Notes: a model not told the origin generated them from the sequence alone. A stretch of DNA of 44,845 bases from a virus (IMGVR_UViG_3300045988_181891), one strand, 5' to 3'; shown: positions 17,790-27,889, counted from the first letter of the stretch. Program-made: numbers and translations.

Positions 17790-20700
17790 TTAATATGCGT
17801 GGTTCAGCTTGCGCGCTGTGTATTTGGTCGTGTAGTCACTCACCTTGTTGCCCATGGTTGAGTTATAGACCAGCAGGAACGTCGCACTGTCGCCCTGTCC
17901 CATCTCTATGTAATCTTTGTTGCCGCAGTTCTCATCGAGAATCAAAGGTAACTCCTCTTTGTTCCATGCGTAGGAATCGCTTTTGTCTTTGATCTTGTTG
18001 CGCCCATAAATGAAGAAGTTTGTCGTGCCTGGCTCAGCGACCACCGTAAATGTCACGGCGAAGTTGGTAGATGAGCCACAGCCTAATGCGCTGCGCACCT
18101 CAGACAGTGTTGGCAGCGTTATGCCGCTTGACGAGACGTAGCTGTAGATGAGCCAGACGTTATTCTCAGAAATCTTGGCATAGCCATTATAGATGGTGTT
18201 TTTTGTGCTAAGCGCATATCTGCTATACTTATATCCACCTATCCATCCATTGAGTACGCCATTGCCAGCACCTGTGAAAGCAAAATTATAGGCACCGTTT
18301 TTAGCCGAGAGTATGGCTGCGATATTGTAACCAAGCCCCCACCAGTCGCTGCTGTCCTCATTTTCGAATCGAGCCACCGCACGCTGTCCTGATGCCGCTG
18401 GTAGTACGTTGCCACCGATGCCCGCAAAGCATTTATGGGTATCGTTGCGAAATATGATGTATGCATCATTGGTAAATGGGTCGTTTGTCAGACCCGTGCC
18501 CTGGATAGTGAATCCAGCGATCTTGCCCGCCAATGCCTCCATGGAGCCATCTTTGTTGATTTTGAAATTGCTGTTGGCCGTGACCACACCGTTAAGGTTG
18601 ATTTGGTCTGCCGTGATGGTGGCAGAGGAGATGCCGTTGGCAATCATTGTCTTGATGGTAGCCTCGGATAGAATCTTGCCATCGACACCCTCGATTTTTG
18701 TAGTCAGCGCATTGTAGTCTGCCGTCACAAGCAAGCCACCTTTGTTTTTGAGCGTGCCATCGGCATTGAATCGCTCGCTCATCAGGGCGTTGTAGTCAGC
18801 GGTGGTGATAAGATAGCTCGTATCTTTGAGCTTGCCATTGGCATCGAAACGAGCAACTGCCGAAGACCACGAATCGGCGTTTTGACTGACCAACGATATA
18901 GTCGGACCATAATCGTTGCGTATGTCTGAGCCTACGCTGTCGGCGTGTCTCCTGGCTTCGGCAACGGAACTGTTGAGGGCATTGTAGTTGTCAGACATAG
19001 TCCCTTGCAAAGTGTTTTTGGCTGCATTCAGCTCGTCTTTTGTCGCAGCCTTGCCCACCGTGGTATTGATGCCATTGACCGTTATCTTTAACTCAGCGAG
19101 TGCCGCCTTGGTGCCGTTGGCAGTATTGGTGACGCTCTCGACACGTGCAGTGATGCTGTCGATGTCGGTGTAGATGCCAGAAATTTTCTCGTTTGTGCTA
19201 TCCTGCCAGGTGTTGATGAGGTCGATGCGACCTGCCTCTATCTCTATTCTTGACGAGAGTGTTGTGTTGAGTTCGCCGTATCTCTTATCGACATATAGGC
19301 GTATTGCCTCTTTCTCAGCGTCCAGCTCGATGCCGAGCTGAGTTGTGGTACCATTGACCTTGTCGATGTTTTGTCCCAGCAGCTTGATGTTTTTGGCCGT
19401 CTGAAGTATTTGTGTCGAGACGGTCTTGCTCAGGTTGTCGAGCGGCTCGTCGGTGATGGTGAGCAGCGCGACGTAGATGTCTCCTGTATATCGGAGCACG
19501 AAGTCGCCGGTGCCATTCCACTTGCCATTTAGCTCTACCGTCTGCCACTCTGCCGAGTATGGCACGCTGACGCTCTGGGCTGACAGGTCGTTGGTCTTGC
19601 CTTCGACAGCCTTGCAACCCTCGAAGCCAAAGGTGAGGGTGCCAGCAGTCTTGGCGTAGATGCGAGCACTTATATATAAGGTGTCTTGCACCTCGGTGTA
19701 GTCATCGCCAGTGGTGTTCATGCCATCCTCGCCTTTTTCTGCCGATGGCTGGGTATATTCCTTGTGGGTACCGGGTTTGCGGATGAGATCATTGGCTTGT
19801 TTGATGCCGCTGTCCTGTATGTGCAGCATGTTGCGACCCTCGTTGTTGTCGATGCTCACTCGGTGGTTGCCACTCACGGTGGCGGCACCATTGACCATGA
19901 CAGGTAAGCCATTGGCATCGACCCAGAACTGGGACTCGTCTGTATCGTCGATGGTCCAGCCATCAATGAGCTGCTCATCGTTATAGCCTATCGCCGTCAG
20001 AAACTGACCGTTATGGAGGTAGTTGTTCTCCTCTGTCGCCTCGTAGGAGGTCTGTGCGAAGCGGGTGGCGAACTGGTTCTGCAGCATCTGTATTTTGGTG
20101 TCGATGCTCTCACCTGTGCGGCGGAGCACGAAGTCGCCCGTGGCGTAGAGGTTCTGCAGGAACTCACCGAAGCCTGATAGTGCACCGAAGAGTGGATGGG
20201 TGATGCCCCGTAAGTTGCCGAGGCGACCTTTGAGCGCATTGTCTGGGTCTGTCTTGAGACCATAGATGATGTCCATGTAGGGCGTATCGCTGCCCACAGT
20301 CATCATCTGTATGATGCCCTTGCGGTCGGGGTCGGTGAGGTTGTCGACCCTAACAAAAGTGTCTCGCTTGGTGATGAGCTGCTCTGCGGTGGCACCCTCC
20401 ATCGATGAGGTGAAGTTCTTGAACTTGACCCATGCTAGCATATCCTCGCCACTGCCCTCGCTGCCCACCTCTGTCACGATAAGCTCGTATCGCTTGGTGA
20501 CATAGTGATTGTTTTCGGTGGAGGGCATGCCATTGTACTGCTGCACCATCACGTAGTCATCCTTGCGGAATGGGTTGTACATCCTGCCCTCGTGGGTGTC
20601 GAGATAGACCCTGCCTGTCTCTGGATCGTAGTGGTCAACCTCTAGCATCGCCGTGAAGATGCGGTTGTCATTCTCGCCCAAGAGTTGGGAGATAATCATC

Positions 20701-21269
20701 TCGAAGATGCGCATGGTACCACGCACGATGAGATTATCGAGCTCTAGACCATACCTATTCTCTTGCACCCCGGCAGCGTTGGTCGTGGGGTTGTTGGCGA
20801 GTCGCCAGCCCTTGCCATCGAGGAAGCCCGAGACGAAGTCGGGAGAGCCTATGGTATCGTCAAAACGAGCAGCGCCCTTGACGTGCAGCGCACTGACTGT
20901 CGCCAAGCCCCACGCCAGGATCTCTTCGATGCAAAGCTTGTAACCCCCATTCTCTTTTGTGGCGAGGCAGAAGCCTTTTTGACCAGCCTCGGAGTAGTCA
21001 TCAGTGGCGATGGAGTGGGCGATGATGTCGCCCTCTTTGGAGAAAGAAAAGAGGTTGCCTATCTTGATGCCCTTGAGAAAGGTGATGAGCCCATGGGCTG
21101 TATCGTCGTTGATGGCGGAGAGTTTATCGTTGTCAGCAGAGGAAGCATAGTCGAGCAGGGACAGGAAGGCGTTGCCAATGCGGCTTGCCGTATTGGCGTG
21201 CTTGACTCTCTCGTCACGGATGCCCTCGAAAGCCTCTCTGATTTTGTTGATGTCTTTATTTTCTGCCAT
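17790..21269 (-). CDS. Large fibre-like tail protein (putative tail fibre or host-specificity protein)
   Basis: 1159 aa; internal repeated units (YLITTADYNALMSERF / LLVTADYNALTTKIEG), long coiled-coil shaft-like segment; own promoter box upstream. Confidence 0.55.
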   Translation of the reverse strand: MAENKDINKIREAFEGIRDERVKHANTASRIGNAFLSLLDYASSADNDKLSAINDDTAHGLITFLKGIKIGNLFSFSKEGDIIAHSIATDDYSEAGQKGFCLATKENGGYKLCIEEILAWGLATVSALHVKGAARFDDTIGSPDFVSGFLDGKGWRLANNPTTNAAGVQENRYGLELDNLIVRGTMRIFEMIISQLLGENDNRIFTAMLEVDHYDPETGRVYLDTHEGRMYNPFRKDDYVMVQQYNGMPSTENNHYVTKRYELIVTEVGSEGSGEDMLAWVKFKNFTSSMEGATAEQLITKRDTFVRVDNLTDPDRKGIIQMMTVGSDTPYMDIIYGLKTDPDNALKGRLGNLRGITHPLFGALSGFGEFLQNLYATGDFVLRRTGESIDTKIQMLQNQFATRFAQTSYEATEENNYLHNGQFLTAIGYNDEQLIDGWTIDDTDESQFWVDANGLPVMVNGAATVSGNHRVSIDNNEGRNMLHIQDSGIKQANDLIRKPGTHKEYTQPSAEKGEDGMNTTGDDYTEVQDTLYISARIYAKTAGTLTFGFEGCKAVEGKTNDLSAQSVSVPYSAEWQTVELNGKWNGTGDFVLRYTGDIYVALLTITDEPLDNLSKTVSTQILQTAKNIKLLGQNIDKVNGTTTQLGIELDAEKEAIRLYVDKRYGELNTTLSSRIEIEAGRIDLINTWQDSTNEKISGIYTDIDSITARVESVTNTANGTKAALAELKITVNGINTTVGKAATKDELNAAKNTLQGTMSDNYNALNSSVAEARRHADSVGSDIRNDYGPTISLVSQNADSWSSAVARFDANGKLKDTSYLITTADYNALMSERFNADGTLKNKGGLLVTADYNALTTKIEGVDGKILSEATIKTMIANGISSATITADQINLNGVVTANSNFKINKDGSMEALAGKIAGFTIQGTGLTNDPFTNDAYIIFRNDTHKCFAGIGGNVLPAASGQRAVARFENEDSSDWWGLGYNIAAILSAKNGAYNFAFTGAGNGVLNGWIGGYKYSRYALSTKNTIYNGYAKISENNVWLIYSYVSSSGITLPTLSEVRSALGCGSSTNFAVTFTVVAEPGTTNFFIYGRNKIKDKSDSYAWNKEELPLILDENCGNKDYIEMGQGDSATFLLVYNSTMGNKVSDYTTKYTARKLNHAY

Positions 21270-21285
21270 ATTTTTTATTTTGATG

Positions 21286-21293
21286 CAAAGATA
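21286..21293 (-). promoter_or_regulatory. -7 promoter box TAtcTTTG (minus strand) for the fibre-like gene
   Basis: Plus strand reads caaagata, 17 nt upstream of the ATG. Confidence 0.45.
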
Positions 21294-21321
21294 GGTATGA
21301 TGAGAACTATATAAAAATACG

Positions 21322-21780
21322 CTAGATCGGTGTGCCGAACATCTGCTTGAAGATGTCTGCCATCAGTCCCTGGTACTCATCGCCATAGAAGTAGCCCTCC
21401 ATGTCGTTGAGCTTCATGATGGAGGCGTAGTACTTGCGATTGAACCATGGACGGCGCTGTCGTGGCTCGCCGAGGTTGTGCTTGGCACGGTACTCAGGGT
21501 CGAGGAACTCTAGGTCGCCGGGGTTGCCATGGTAATAGCCATTGCCTGTGCCCGTCTCTTGGTAGAGACCGTAGAGCAGGAACTTGTGGGCTATCTGGCG
21601 AGAGGAACCGCCAAAGGATGTGGCTTGGACAGAGCTGAAGAGGGCACCGGTATGTCGGATGCGATAGTGGATGATTTTCTCTTTCCAGATATGCACCATC
21701 TCCTCTGCCCATCCTCGCTCGTAGGCGTAGATGTCCTCTTGTGAGACGGGTTGCTTGATGTCATTCGTTCCATTCCTCAT
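21322..21780 (-). CDS. Hypothetical structural protein
   Basis: ATG at 21780; 152 aa. Confidence 0.5.
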   Translation of the reverse strand: MRNGTNDIKQPVSQEDIYAYERGWAEEMVHIWKEKIIHYRIRHTGALFSSVQATSFGGSSRQIAHKFLLYGLYQETGTGNGYYHGNPGDLEFLDPEYRAKHNLGEPRQRRPWFNRKYYASIMKLNDMEGYFYGDEYQGLMADIFKQMFGTPI

Positions 21781-22291
21781 AATTATACTCCAGGTCTAGT
21801 GGCTCGCTCACGTCAAGATGGAACTCGACGCCTGTGAGACCGTTGATGAAATAGGCACCTATCTCTCGGCTGTCTATCTGGTCGCTGAGGGTGTAGGTGT
21901 TATAGTTGTCTTGCCAGTTGTATTTGTCGATGACAATCTTGCTCAGGAACTGTCGGAATATCTTGCGGCAGGTGTTGAGCTTCTCTTGTCGGTCGTTCAT
22001 GTCGAACTGTTTGTATCGCATGAGAATCCACACGGTATAGGTCATCACCTTGCGATAGCTGCCATCGCCGTTGATGGCGACGTTGCCCTCGTTGGTGTCG
22101 TCGATGACCACGAAGTTTTTGCTCTTCGCCATATTCTGTAGCATGCCCTCAAACGAGGCAGGGGTGCTGCAGGTGGTTGGAGTGAAGCCAAGCTCGGAGG
22201 TGAGCTTGTTTTGGCGGGTGAGGTCTCTAAAGTAAGAGAAGGCATCGAACCCCACCTGAGTGTCGGGAGTCTTAACATCTGTACTGATCAT
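21761..22291 (-). CDS. Hypothetical structural protein
   Basis: ATG at 22291; 176 aa. Confidence 0.5.
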   Translation of the reverse strand: MISTDVKTPDTQVGFDAFSYFRDLTRQNKLTSELGFTPTTCSTPASFEGMLQNMAKSKNFVVIDDTNEGNVAINGDGSYRKVMTYTVWILMRYKQFDMNDRQEKLNTCRKIFRQFLSKIVIDKYNWQDNYNTYTLSDQIDSREIGAYFINGLTGVEFHLDVSEPLDLEYNYEEWNE

Positions 22292-23085
22292 GATTTTTGT
22301 TTTAATCGTTTGTCTAACTCGTCAGCCTCGCGAGCCTTGGCATCCAGTTCGGTGAGTGCTCGCCATACGTCTGAGTCTCTAATCTGCCCTTCTTTGGTGA
22401 TGTCGCCGCCCGTGAGGGCACGGATCTGGGCGTTCATCGCCTCTATCATATCGTAGTCGCCATCAGCTGAAGCTGGCTTGAAGAGGTGTGGAAAACTTGT
22501 GGAAAAGTTTTGCTTGACCCACATGAACCACAGGAAGGCACCCATCACCTCGACTGGCGTACACTCGATATGTTCGGGTGGGTTGCCCTTGGCATCGAGA
22601 TAGAGGTAGCGCATCATCTCTCTGAGCGGTGCGTCGCTCGACTGGTCTGACTGCAGAAACTGCTGGAAGTAGTTGTCGGCGATGAGGTAATGTTGAAATG
22701 GGTACTCGTGCAGCTCGATGTCGGCGGCTTGGAAAAGCCCGATATGATCGAGGCGGTTGTCTGCGCCCTTGCCGTCGAATATGTAGTCGAAGGCTTGGCA
22801 GAAGTCTTGCACTTGCCATAGCTGAAGGAAGAAGCGCACAGTCTTGCCACTGTCTAGCTGGGTTTGGCAGAGCCAGCCGTCTTTTTTCTCGTTGAGCACC
22901 TCGATGCCAGCGAAGCGAGCGAAGAGGTAGGTGCGCACCTGCCACTCTTGCCACCCTTGGGTGAGGAGGTAGAGCACGTAGCGCAGCTGGTCTTGGGTGA
23001 GCTCGCCCCAGGAGTGAGGCACGTGGAGGTTGAGCGTGCCGTCAGCCAGCAAAGAAGAAGGTTGTGTCGTCAGCATTGTTTTCAT
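22288..23085 (-). CDS. Hypothetical structural protein
   Basis: ATG at 23085; 265 aa; start/stop overlap with neighbours. Confidence 0.5.
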   Translation of the reverse strand: MKTMLTTQPSSLLADGTLNLHVPHSWGELTQDQLRYVLYLLTQGWQEWQVRTYLFARFAGIEVLNEKKDGWLCQTQLDSGKTVRFFLQLWQVQDFCQAFDYIFDGKGADNRLDHIGLFQAADIELHEYPFQHYLIADNYFQQFLQSDQSSDAPLREMMRYLYLDAKGNPPEHIECTPVEVMGAFLWFMWVKQNFSTSFPHLFKPASADGDYDMIEAMNAQIRALTGGDITKEGQIRDSDVWRALTELDAKAREADELDKRLKQKS

Positions 23086-23887
23086 AAGCTATATTGTGGC
23101 TAGCCTTGTAGGCGGTGGAATCTCTATATTTGGCGAAGTCATCGATGTTATCGTCTATGAGGGAGAGTAGGCTGAAGAAGAGTTTGTCTCTCGCCCTGAG
23201 GTCGATGGAATCGCCGTTTTTTGTGATATGGCACCCGATGAAATCGTAGATGCGCATGATGGCGACCCGATGGGAGGTGGTCGGGAACTGAGCCTTGCGC
23301 TCCTCTTCGAGCAACTGGTCTATCTGTGCATCGGAGAGCTCTCGGCGCAGGAAGGTCTCGGCTTGGTCTATCTCGCCCTTGTGCGCCACGAGGTCATCGA
23401 AGGTAAGCTTGCCGGGGATGCCGCAGAACTTGTTGAGGATGTATGGCGACCAAATGAAGGAGCGGATGGTGTTGAAGGCTTGCAAGCTGTCAGCCCAGCC
23501 CTCGACCTGTCGCAATCGGTTGATGACGTTGTGCTGGGCGTAGTCTCGCCTGTAGGCAAGCTCGTGCTCCATGGCATCGACACGAGCCTGTGAGGCTGGG
23601 GCGATGTTGTCGTTGGAGACCACCCCGAAGCCGTTGTCGGTCATGATGATGTCGTGGGAGTGGAGACTATCGAGGAAGGTGGCCAGTATGACATAGTCTC
23701 TGGCGTAGCGCTGCAGGGGCGAGTCTTCGGTCGAGACCGCTTGCTCGGCATCTGCGCCCACGACGGTGGCGATAAGATCGTCAAAATGGTTCTCGAAGGA
23801 TGGCTGCATCTTGGTGAAGACATCCTCGGAGGCTGCCGCCACGAATGGCAGCAGCTGCTCGAACTGGTTTATATCAATCTGTATCAT
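23042..23887 (-). CDS. Hypothetical structural protein
   Basis: ATG at 23887; 281 aa. Confidence 0.5.
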   Translation of the reverse strand: MIQIDINQFEQLLPFVAAASEDVFTKMQPSFENHFDDLIATVVGADAEQAVSTEDSPLQRYARDYVILATFLDSLHSHDIIMTDNGFGVVSNDNIAPASQARVDAMEHELAYRRDYAQHNVINRLRQVEGWADSLQAFNTIRSFIWSPYILNKFCGIPGKLTFDDLVAHKGEIDQAETFLRRELSDAQIDQLLEEERKAQFPTTSHRVAIMRIYDFIGCHITKNGDSIDLRARDKLFFSLLSLIDDNIDDFAKYRDSTAYKASHNIAYENNADDTTFFFAG

Positions 23888-25280
23888 CTTGTTGCTTTGA
23901 TTTTAGGTTGTTGGAAACTTGCTTGGCATCCTTGTTCTCGTCGAGGGTGGTGAGCATGATGAGCGGCACGTCTGGATAGACCTTCTGCTCCCAGTGGTTG
24001 AAGTAGATGACCACCCAGTGAACGGTCTCCATGAGGTCGTGGAACGCCTTCTCTATCGACTGCTTGAGGGTGAAGAGCTCTCGCTTGTCTGAGCCAGAGT
24101 TGTTGGTTTGGCTCTTGCCCGGTGTGGCGCCCACGAGATTAGGGTGGATGTTGTCGGCATAACACTGCATGTTGTTGCTCTCGGCGATGTCGTCGCTGTA
24201 GTCACCGCCATCCTTTGAGGTGTCGATGCGCGTGATGCGCACCATCTTTACCTCTTTGCCATCAGGTGTGGTGTAATAGCCCGCTATCCAGAGCTTGCCG
24301 CTATTCTCGATGCCTGAGATGAAGGAGCGGATTTTTTCTTTCTCCTTCAGCTTGCGCTCCTTTTGCTTTGCCTTGTCGGTGATGTGCTCCTCTTTGAAGA
24401 TGCCACGCCAATAGTCGTTGTGTATCTCTACGAGGTAAGGGATGGCAGCGTGGTTTTTGAGCTTTGCCATCTTGCCGATGGCGATGAGCCGGGAGATGTC
24501 GTACCACTTGTCTCGGAAGATGGCGCTGTAGTAGGGCACGGGGTAGTATTGACTGCCAGGAGTAGGGAAGCGAGTCACGATGGCGAAGACTCTGTCTTTG
24601 CACTTTGCTCCACCCGTCTGTCTGGTCAGGGTCTGTCCGCTTTGACCGTCGAGCCCCATGCGCTGCTGTAGGTCGCCCAGTGGGTCTAGCTCGTCGAGGA
24701 GTGGCAGCACCTCGATGTTGTCGGGATTGACGGCATTGCGCCAGTTGGCATAGAGCACGTATTCGGAGCGACCGTTTTTGCTCTGGGTGAACCGACAGTA
24801 GCACGCCTCTTTGTGCCGGATGCCCACGATGCGATCGCCCTTTTTGTTGAGGATGATGGCTGAGACACAAAAGAAGAAGTACTTCATGTCTGTGATTTGC
24901 TCGAGGAAGAAGCGCGAGAGGTTGTTGTGCATCTTGAAGAGGTTGACCTCTTTGTCTTGTGTCGGAAGCTTTGTCTTGATGTCGTTGTACTGGAAGCCCA
25001 TGCCGTAGCAGGTGAGCACGTTGAAGAGCTTGTTTTGCGCCATCACGCTGCTCTCGCCGATGTTTTTGATGAGCTGGTAGGGCAGCTTGTTGTCTGCCCC
25101 GAAGGGGATGTAGGTGTATCTTTGCTTGTCCACCTCTACGGAGACGGTGGGTGTGGTACCATCATCATCGAAGATGGATGAGGACCCGACGAAGCCGCTG
25201 GTGGGCGACGAGGTCTGGTAATCGAGCACCTCGCCCATGGTGGCGTATGTGATGTCTATGTTATTGCTTTTGTCTGCCAT
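23874..25280 (-). CDS. Hypothetical structural protein (portal candidate by size only)
   Basis: Start placed at ATG 25280 (MADKSNNIDITY...); the longer ORF-track N-terminus overlaps the upstream gene and looks non-coding. Confidence 0.45.
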   Translation of the reverse strand: MADKSNNIDITYATMGEVLDYQTSSPTSGFVGSSSIFDDDGTTPTVSVEVDKQRYTYIPFGADNKLPYQLIKNIGESSVMAQNKLFNVLTCYGMGFQYNDIKTKLPTQDKEVNLFKMHNNLSRFFLEQITDMKYFFFCVSAIILNKKGDRIVGIRHKEACYCRFTQSKNGRSEYVLYANWRNAVNPDNIEVLPLLDELDPLGDLQQRMGLDGQSGQTLTRQTGGAKCKDRVFAIVTRFPTPGSQYYPVPYYSAIFRDKWYDISRLIAIGKMAKLKNHAAIPYLVEIHNDYWRGIFKEEHITDKAKQKERKLKEKEKIRSFISGIENSGKLWIAGYYTTPDGKEVKMVRITRIDTSKDGGDYSDDIAESNNMQCYADNIHPNLVGATPGKSQTNNSGSDKRELFTLKQSIEKAFHDLMETVHWVVIYFNHWEQKVYPDVPLIMLTTLDENKDAKQVSNNLKSKQQDDTD

Positions 25281-25285
25281 AATCT

Positions 25286-25546
25286 TTATAAGTATATTGA
25301 ATGGTCGTTGTATCTGAAGATGAAAATGTCTCTCACCTTGCGTATCTGGTGGTTGACTGGGTTGTAGAGGGTGTGGGTGCCGTTTTGCCAGGATGAGGAC
25401 TTGACGAGCCATCCCCTGTACTGGATGATGGAACCATCGCCGCCCTTCCAACAGTCGATGTCAACGGGCGAGCGGTCGATGCGCGAGATGTCGAGGGCAC
25501 GGCGCAGCTCGTTGATGTGTATTGCCTTGGGTGTCTTGTCTGCCAT
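25286..25546 (-). CDS. Hypothetical small protein
   Basis: ATG at 25546; 86 aa. Confidence 0.45.
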   Translation of the reverse strand: MADKTPKAIHINELRRALDISRIDRSPVDIDCWKGGDGSIIQYRGWLVKSSSWQNGTHTLYNPVNHQIRKVRDIFIFRYNDHSIYL

Positions 25547-25563
25547 ATATCTGAAGATGTTTT

Positions 25564-26625
25564 TTAGTTGAACGTATCGTCGAAGGAGTCGTCGAAGATG
25601 CGACCGCCCGTATTGTCGATGTTTTTGAACACGACATTCTGGACTCGCTGGGCATATTGGTAGCTGAAGGTGAACTCAGCCATGTCATCCAGCTCGTTGG
25701 TGCGCTCGCTCTTGGAGTCGGTGAAGGTAATCTCTTTGTCCTGTGTGTAGTCACGGAACAGATAGATCTCATCGGAGCGCAGCAGGTCTTCGGCGAAGTG
25801 TGCCATGGACGGAGGAATAACACCTGTGTCGCCCTCGAAGGTGCGGGTCTCTTTGACGGAGTAGTTGATCTTTTTGCCGCTGATGACGGCGCTCTTGCGC
25901 TCGAAGGTAGGTGCAATCTTCTTTTTGCCTAGGCAATAGAAGATCTCTTGGCACCCGAAGGAGTTGGTGAAGAGGAGCACCGGGTCGGCGACCGCCTCGG
26001 TATGGTCTATCTGGAAGTCTTGCACTCGCTTGCCCACGGTGACGGTGTAGGCGAAGAGGTCGCCACGGTCGGCATCGTAGTAACGGTCGGGCGAGACATC
26101 GAAGGTGGTGATGTTATTCACCGTATGGGTAGGGGTGGCATCGGCGGCGATATTGCCCTCCACGACCTTGCCGTCTTTGTAATATCGGGCTGTGACGGCG
26201 GCAGTGGTTCTGTCGGCACCTGCGGCATGGAGATATTCACGGTGTCCGAGCTGTGTGAGCTTGGCACCATCGAGGAGGGTGAGGAAGTATTGGTCGAGGA
26301 ACGACTGGCACGACATGTTGATGTCAACGGTGGCGTAGTAGGCGGTGAACTCGCACGACCAGTTGGCGACATCGCTCTCGCCATTGTGCTCGACAATCTT
26401 GATGGCGCACTTGGCGACCACGGTCGTGCGCACGGCATCGGAGATGAGCGTGCCGAGGTCGTAGATGGTGATGGTGCCAGCCACTGGGTAGTAAGTCTCG
26501 CTGAGCAGCTCTTCGCCCTCGCAGGTGATGGTAACGGTAGCGCGCTCGCCACCTATCTTGAAGGAGAAGGAGTCGAGCGCACTGGTGAACAATGGCGAAG
26601 ATGGTTGGTTGGTAACTGTAATCAT
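25564..26625 (-). CDS. Hypothetical structural protein
   Basis: ATG at 26625; 353 aa; promoter box and terminator upstream. Confidence 0.55.
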   Translation of the reverse strand: MITVTNQPSSPLFTSALDSFSFKIGGERATVTITCEGEELLSETYYPVAGTITIYDLGTLISDAVRTTVVAKCAIKIVEHNGESDVANWSCEFTAYYATVDINMSCQSFLDQYFLTLLDGAKLTQLGHREYLHAAGADRTTAAVTARYYKDGKVVEGNIAADATPTHTVNNITTFDVSPDRYYDADRGDLFAYTVTVGKRVQDFQIDHTEAVADPVLLFTNSFGCQEIFYCLGKKKIAPTFERKSAVISGKKINYSVKETRTFEGDTGVIPPSMAHFAEDLLRSDEIYLFRDYTQDKEITFTDSKSERTNELDDMAEFTFSYQYAQRVQNVVFKNIDNTGGRIFDDSFDDTFN

Positions 26626-26648
26626 ATCAATGTCTCATTAAAACGATG

Positions 26649-26656
26649 CAAAGATA
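26649..26656 (-). promoter_or_regulatory. -7 promoter box TAtcTTTG (minus strand)
   Basis: Plus strand reads caaagata, about 24 nt upstream of the ATG at 26625. Confidence 0.45.
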
Positions 26657-26667
26657 GGAAGGAAGGG

Positions 26668-26710
26668 GAGAAAATAAAAATACCTGATTGTCATCACGAC
26701 AACCAGGTAT
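26668..26710 (-). terminator. Rho-independent terminator (minus strand)
   Basis: 12-bp stem ATACCTGATTGT / ACAACCAGGTAT (one mismatch), 7-nt loop, followed on the minus strand by TTTTTATTTTCTCC. Confidence 0.45.
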
Positions 26711-26802
26711 CGACTCATGGAGCTGACCACGCCTTGTTAAGCCTAAGGCTCCATTCCGAGACTGTTTTATGTTGTAAATGAAAAAAAATGTGCTTGTCTT
26801 GC

Positions 26803-27114
26803 TTACTCTTCGGGCTGTGCGCAGTTGATTATCCAGACGAGTCTGCCACCCTCGACAGACTTCATCTTGAAGCCGTGCTCGACCATGTACTCGGTGATGA
26901 CGGAGATGGGAGCGACGACCATGCCGCTGATGGCCTCTTGTATATCTTTGGAGGATAGAAAGTCAACGCATTGGCTGTATGGGTCATCGCCCGGTGTGTC
27001 GCCATCGAAGTAAGCGTCGAGCGCCATGCGCACATAGTCGATCTTGCTCTCTTGCTCTGACTGTTGCTGCTCGTCGCTGTTGGCACTGAAGCCCATCACA
27101 CGCATACGTTTCAT
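26803..27114 (-). CDS. Hypothetical protein
   Basis: ATG at 27114; 103 aa. Confidence 0.5.
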   Translation of the reverse strand: MKRMRVMGFSANSDEQQQSEQESKIDYVRMALDAYFDGDTPGDDPYSQCVDFLSSKDIQEAISGMVVAPISVITEYMVEHGFKMKSVEGGRLVWIINCAQPEE

Positions 27115-27380
27115 GCCTCACCTCCTTTCGCCTCCAGTGCTATGTTGATGGTCTTGAAGAGCTTGCTCATGTGGTCGAAGTTGTTGAGCATGAGGAGCAC
27201 TTTGTCGGCACCGCCGAGGTCTTCGACACAGTTGGTCACCACCTCGTCTGAGATAAGCACCTTTTTGACTTGCTCAAGGTACTCGATGAAGTAGCTGAGC
27301 TGGTTGACATCCATCATTTCTACGAGCGCATTCCAGACCTCTGCTGTCATGTGCATATTTGTTGCGTTGTTTGTGTTCAT
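27111..27380 (-). CDS. Hypothetical protein
   Basis: ATG at 27380; 89 aa. Confidence 0.5.
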   Translation of the reverse strand: MNTNNATNMHMTAEVWNALVEMMDVNQLSYFIEYLEQVKKVLISDEVVTNCVEDLGGADKVLLMLNNFDHMSKLFKTINIALEAKGGEA

Positions 27381-27742
27381 GCTACGACTCCTCCCATCAG
27401 ATAACCACCAAAGAAAACCACTGCCATGAAGGCTGCGAAGCCTAGTGTGGCCTTGACCACCTCGCCGTAGGTCACGCTCTCGTCGCAGAGTGCGGTGAAG
27501 GTCTCGCTCTCGGTCTTGGCGAGCTTCTTGATTTCACACTTGAGGGTATTGATACCCTCCTCTACGCTGATGCCTGCAGGTCTCACCTGCGCATCACTAA
27601 TTAAAATTGAATTCTGCATAATTGCCATCTTATAACCATTATAGACCGATCTTGATGTATAAATACAATGGTGGCGGTCACATTCACCGTTGGTTATAAG
27701 ATGGTAGCTTTCCCAGCGAAGGTCAAGTATCTTACGGATCAT
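27377..27742 (-). CDS. Hypothetical protein with C-terminal transmembrane helix; start uncertain (27742 or 27628)
   Basis: Both candidate starts are ATG; a 10-bp inverted repeat sits at the internal start. Confidence 0.45.
   Translation of the reverse strand: MIRKILDLRWESYHLITNGECDRHHCIYTSRSVYNGYKMAIMQNSILISDAQVRPAGISVEEGINTLKCEIKKLAKTESETFTALCDESVTYGEVVKATLGFAAFMAVVFFGGYLMGGVVA
27629..27700. repeat. 10-bp perfect inverted repeat CTTATAACCA / TGGTTATAAG separated by 52 bp
   Basis: 27629..27638 and 27691..27700; a third copy CTTATAACC at 27868..27876 abuts the promoter box at 27882. Confidence 0.45.
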
Positions 27743-27881
27743 GCAACCGCCATATTGAAAAGACCTTTTTCCCGCTGCCGGGAAAATGATACTTTATAGG
27801 CATAAAAAAAGCCCACGGCGTGAAGCCTAGGCGAAACAGTCGCCATCGCTGAGTAGATTACTACTATCTTATAACCGATGG

Positions 27882-27889
27882 CAAAAGTA
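27882..27889 (-). promoter_or_regulatory. -7 promoter box TActTTTG (minus strand)
   Basis: Plus strand reads caaaagta. Confidence 0.35.

Noticed and set aside
25948-26781. 277-aa plus-strand ORF (and similar long plus-strand ORFs at 32563..33291, 41631..42206, 7418..8023 and 5956..6279)
   Set aside because: All are antisense shadows inside longer minus-strand genes with recognisable products or promoter-to-ATG structure; they are G/V/E/L-rich and lack upstream plus-strand promoter boxes.
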